From: Octopus sinensis | Lineage: Eukaryota | Direction of reading: 5' to 3' | Assembly: GCF_006345805.1 (NCBI RefSeq) | Contig: NC_043006.1 | Span: forward strand, 70,866,001-70,930,000 | DNA length: 64,000 nucleotides | Shown: positions 61,976 to 64,000 of the stretch, one piece after another | Layout: each line of letters opens with the position of its first letter | Numbering within the stretch: the first letter of the stretch is position 1 | Notes under the pieces: model-generated | Told to the model about the DNA's origin: nothing | The model's input: only the letters and a program-made list of their open reading frames with translations | The model's database searches: none | Translations under genes and position numbers: made by a program

Positions 61976-62100
61976 GATGATGATGATGATTTATTCTGCC
62001 ACAGAGGTATCAGATGAGGACACGGCAAGATAGGGTACAGTTTGTGTAAGGGCTTAAATGAAATCAGGATAGAAAGAAAAAGACTGAAGGGCAATGAGAT

Positions 62101-62103
<3 letters not shown>

Positions 62104-62151
<48 letters not shown>
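62104..62151. repeat. (AT)n microsatellite
   Basis: Direct reading. Confidence 0.95.
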
Positions 62152-62154
<3 letters not shown>

Positions 62155-62669
62155 ATACAAAATATATGAATACATAGAGAATGCAGTTTTGAAACAGGAG
62201 TGCCTCTAACAAGGGCCAGTCAAGGAACCCTGCAGATCCAAGATCTCCTTGATCATCAAGGGCGTGAACCTTCACCAAACTGTTGTTCACCAACCAACGG
62301 GGACATGCTTAAAGTAGTTCCATTCACCCTAATCATTTTATCACAGTTTCACCAACCTTTTAAGAAAGCCACCAGAGGGCACTTCCCTCTATATCTTCAT
62401 TTGCCTCATAAATAAAATCTGAAAGAGTAAACAATCATCCCTGTTTGAACATTCTCTTTTCTGTCCGTGCATGGGTCTGGTGAAATTTACTGAGGCAGAT
62501 TTTTGCTGCAGCTGGATGCCCTTCCTGTCACCAAGCCCCACTTGTTTTGTAGTGACATGATATTTCCCCATAGCTGGATATGATTTGAAAGATTGGAAAT
62601 GAAAGACACCACTTGTATGACAGTGACACTCACTTACAACAATTATGCTATGTCAAGACAAGATACCAA

Positions 62670-62709
<40 letters not shown>

Positions 62710-64000
62710 TATATCCCTTTCACTCAAACAGCAAATCCCAACCAGCAGCCAGACTTCATGTAATAGATCATTCTAGATCCCTCAAGAGTTATATAAAGGC
62801 TTATCTTTAATACCAACCTTCAGTGTTTGCCAGCCCATGGTCCAACTTGACACTCTCTTGCCATTTATAATGGCCATTTTCCTGATTTTTACTCAACCTG
62901 GATATGTCATTATAGATGGTCAATGTTCTCCAGAATGGAACATGGATATTAAATGATAATGATAAAATCCTTCATCTACCCTTTTTTGTACACTTATTCC
63001 TACAAACAGCCAGTCTTAAACTCCTTTGTTGTGGCCTGCAGAACTATAACATGAATCTAATGTGTATGTTTTCTCCTGTCTTGACAAGCTTAAGTACAGA
63101 GCCTTTTTAACCAACCATTTATAAATGCTACAGAATTGTTCTTTCAATTACATTGAGTTGTTATGGAAACTTTCTAATTCATGACCAACCTGAAAATTAC
63201 TTGGTTGTTAAAATAAAAGTTACTATTAAATGTTCACATGCTGTTGTTACATCATTTTATGTGCAGCCTTATCTACAAACTACATTTGTGACAAACTCTT
63301 TGAGATTATTTAGATCACCTACTTAAAAGAAACTGTCGATTATTTTTAGGAAGTCTTCCAAAAATTTGAAGGAATTTATTTCATGAATGTTTTTCCTGCT
63401 AACTAACCCCATGCATTTGCTACACATGAAATCTATTTTTCAGACTGCTTCTCCGTCCTTTCATCTCCTATCTCCTTCCCAAACAATCTTGCAGACTGAA
63501 TCTTCTACTTACCTTGTACCTTGTGGACCACCTGGAGACCCTATTGTTGTTATCTATCTCTCACAGCTCTAACTGATCATTGTTTCTGTCTCCTCTCCCT
63601 CTAATAGATGTGAGTAGCCATGCAACTTTCACAAGACTCTGCTCTGACTCCCTCTTCTCATATTTTAATTCCATCATCCCCTAGCATGAAGCTGATCCTC
63701 ACCTCTCCCCTTCTCCCTGGGCTTGTAGTCCTGTGAGCTGGATGGTGACTCAAATAGACCAGTCGCATGAAAAAAGCACCCAGTCCATGCTGTAAAGTGG
63801 TTGGCATTAGGAAAGACATCCAGTTATACAAACCATGCCAAAGCAGACACTGAAGCATGATGTTGCCCTTGGGCTCATTAGATCCTGTAAAACTGTCCAA
63901 ACCAAGTCAGAATGGAACATGGGCATTAAATGATAATCCTTCATCTACTCCTTTTTGTACACGCATTGTTTACATTGGATACAACATATGACATTCCAGT

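Overview
AT-rich, microsatellite-dense eukaryotic genomic DNA. The repeat families look like those I associate with octopus (coleoid cephalopod) genomes; this is an inference. The window holds the 3' part of one + strand protein-coding gene, an MRL-family adaptor (lamellipodin/RAPH1-RIAM/APBB1IP, pico, MIG-10 type). Eight GT-AG coding exons between 5679 and 39239 join in frame to give 1100 aa: coiled coil, RA domain, PH domain and a long proline-rich tail. The N-terminal exons lie upstream of the window. The rest is mostly mobile-element debris: RTE, CR1/L2 and R4/Dong-type LINE fragments, three tRNA-derived SINE families, Tc1/mariner, hAT and piggyBac-type DNA elements, and Penelope-like element (PLE) pieces. 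The most notable unexplained structure is a set of minimal hammerhead-ribozyme (HHR) motifs, most of them inside fold-back elements in the gene's introns. The best case is a near-perfect 2.43-kb palindrome (11284-13717) with a complete type I HHR in each arm. Others are a 450-bp palindromic element with a tRNA-like core, two HHR-like motifs and a 14-bp TSD (32953-33402), and a GIY-YIG PLE fragment with an inverted terminal repeat (25460-26417). There is also a 22-unit 65/58-bp minisatellite grown out of an RTE LINE 3' UTR (54060-55480).
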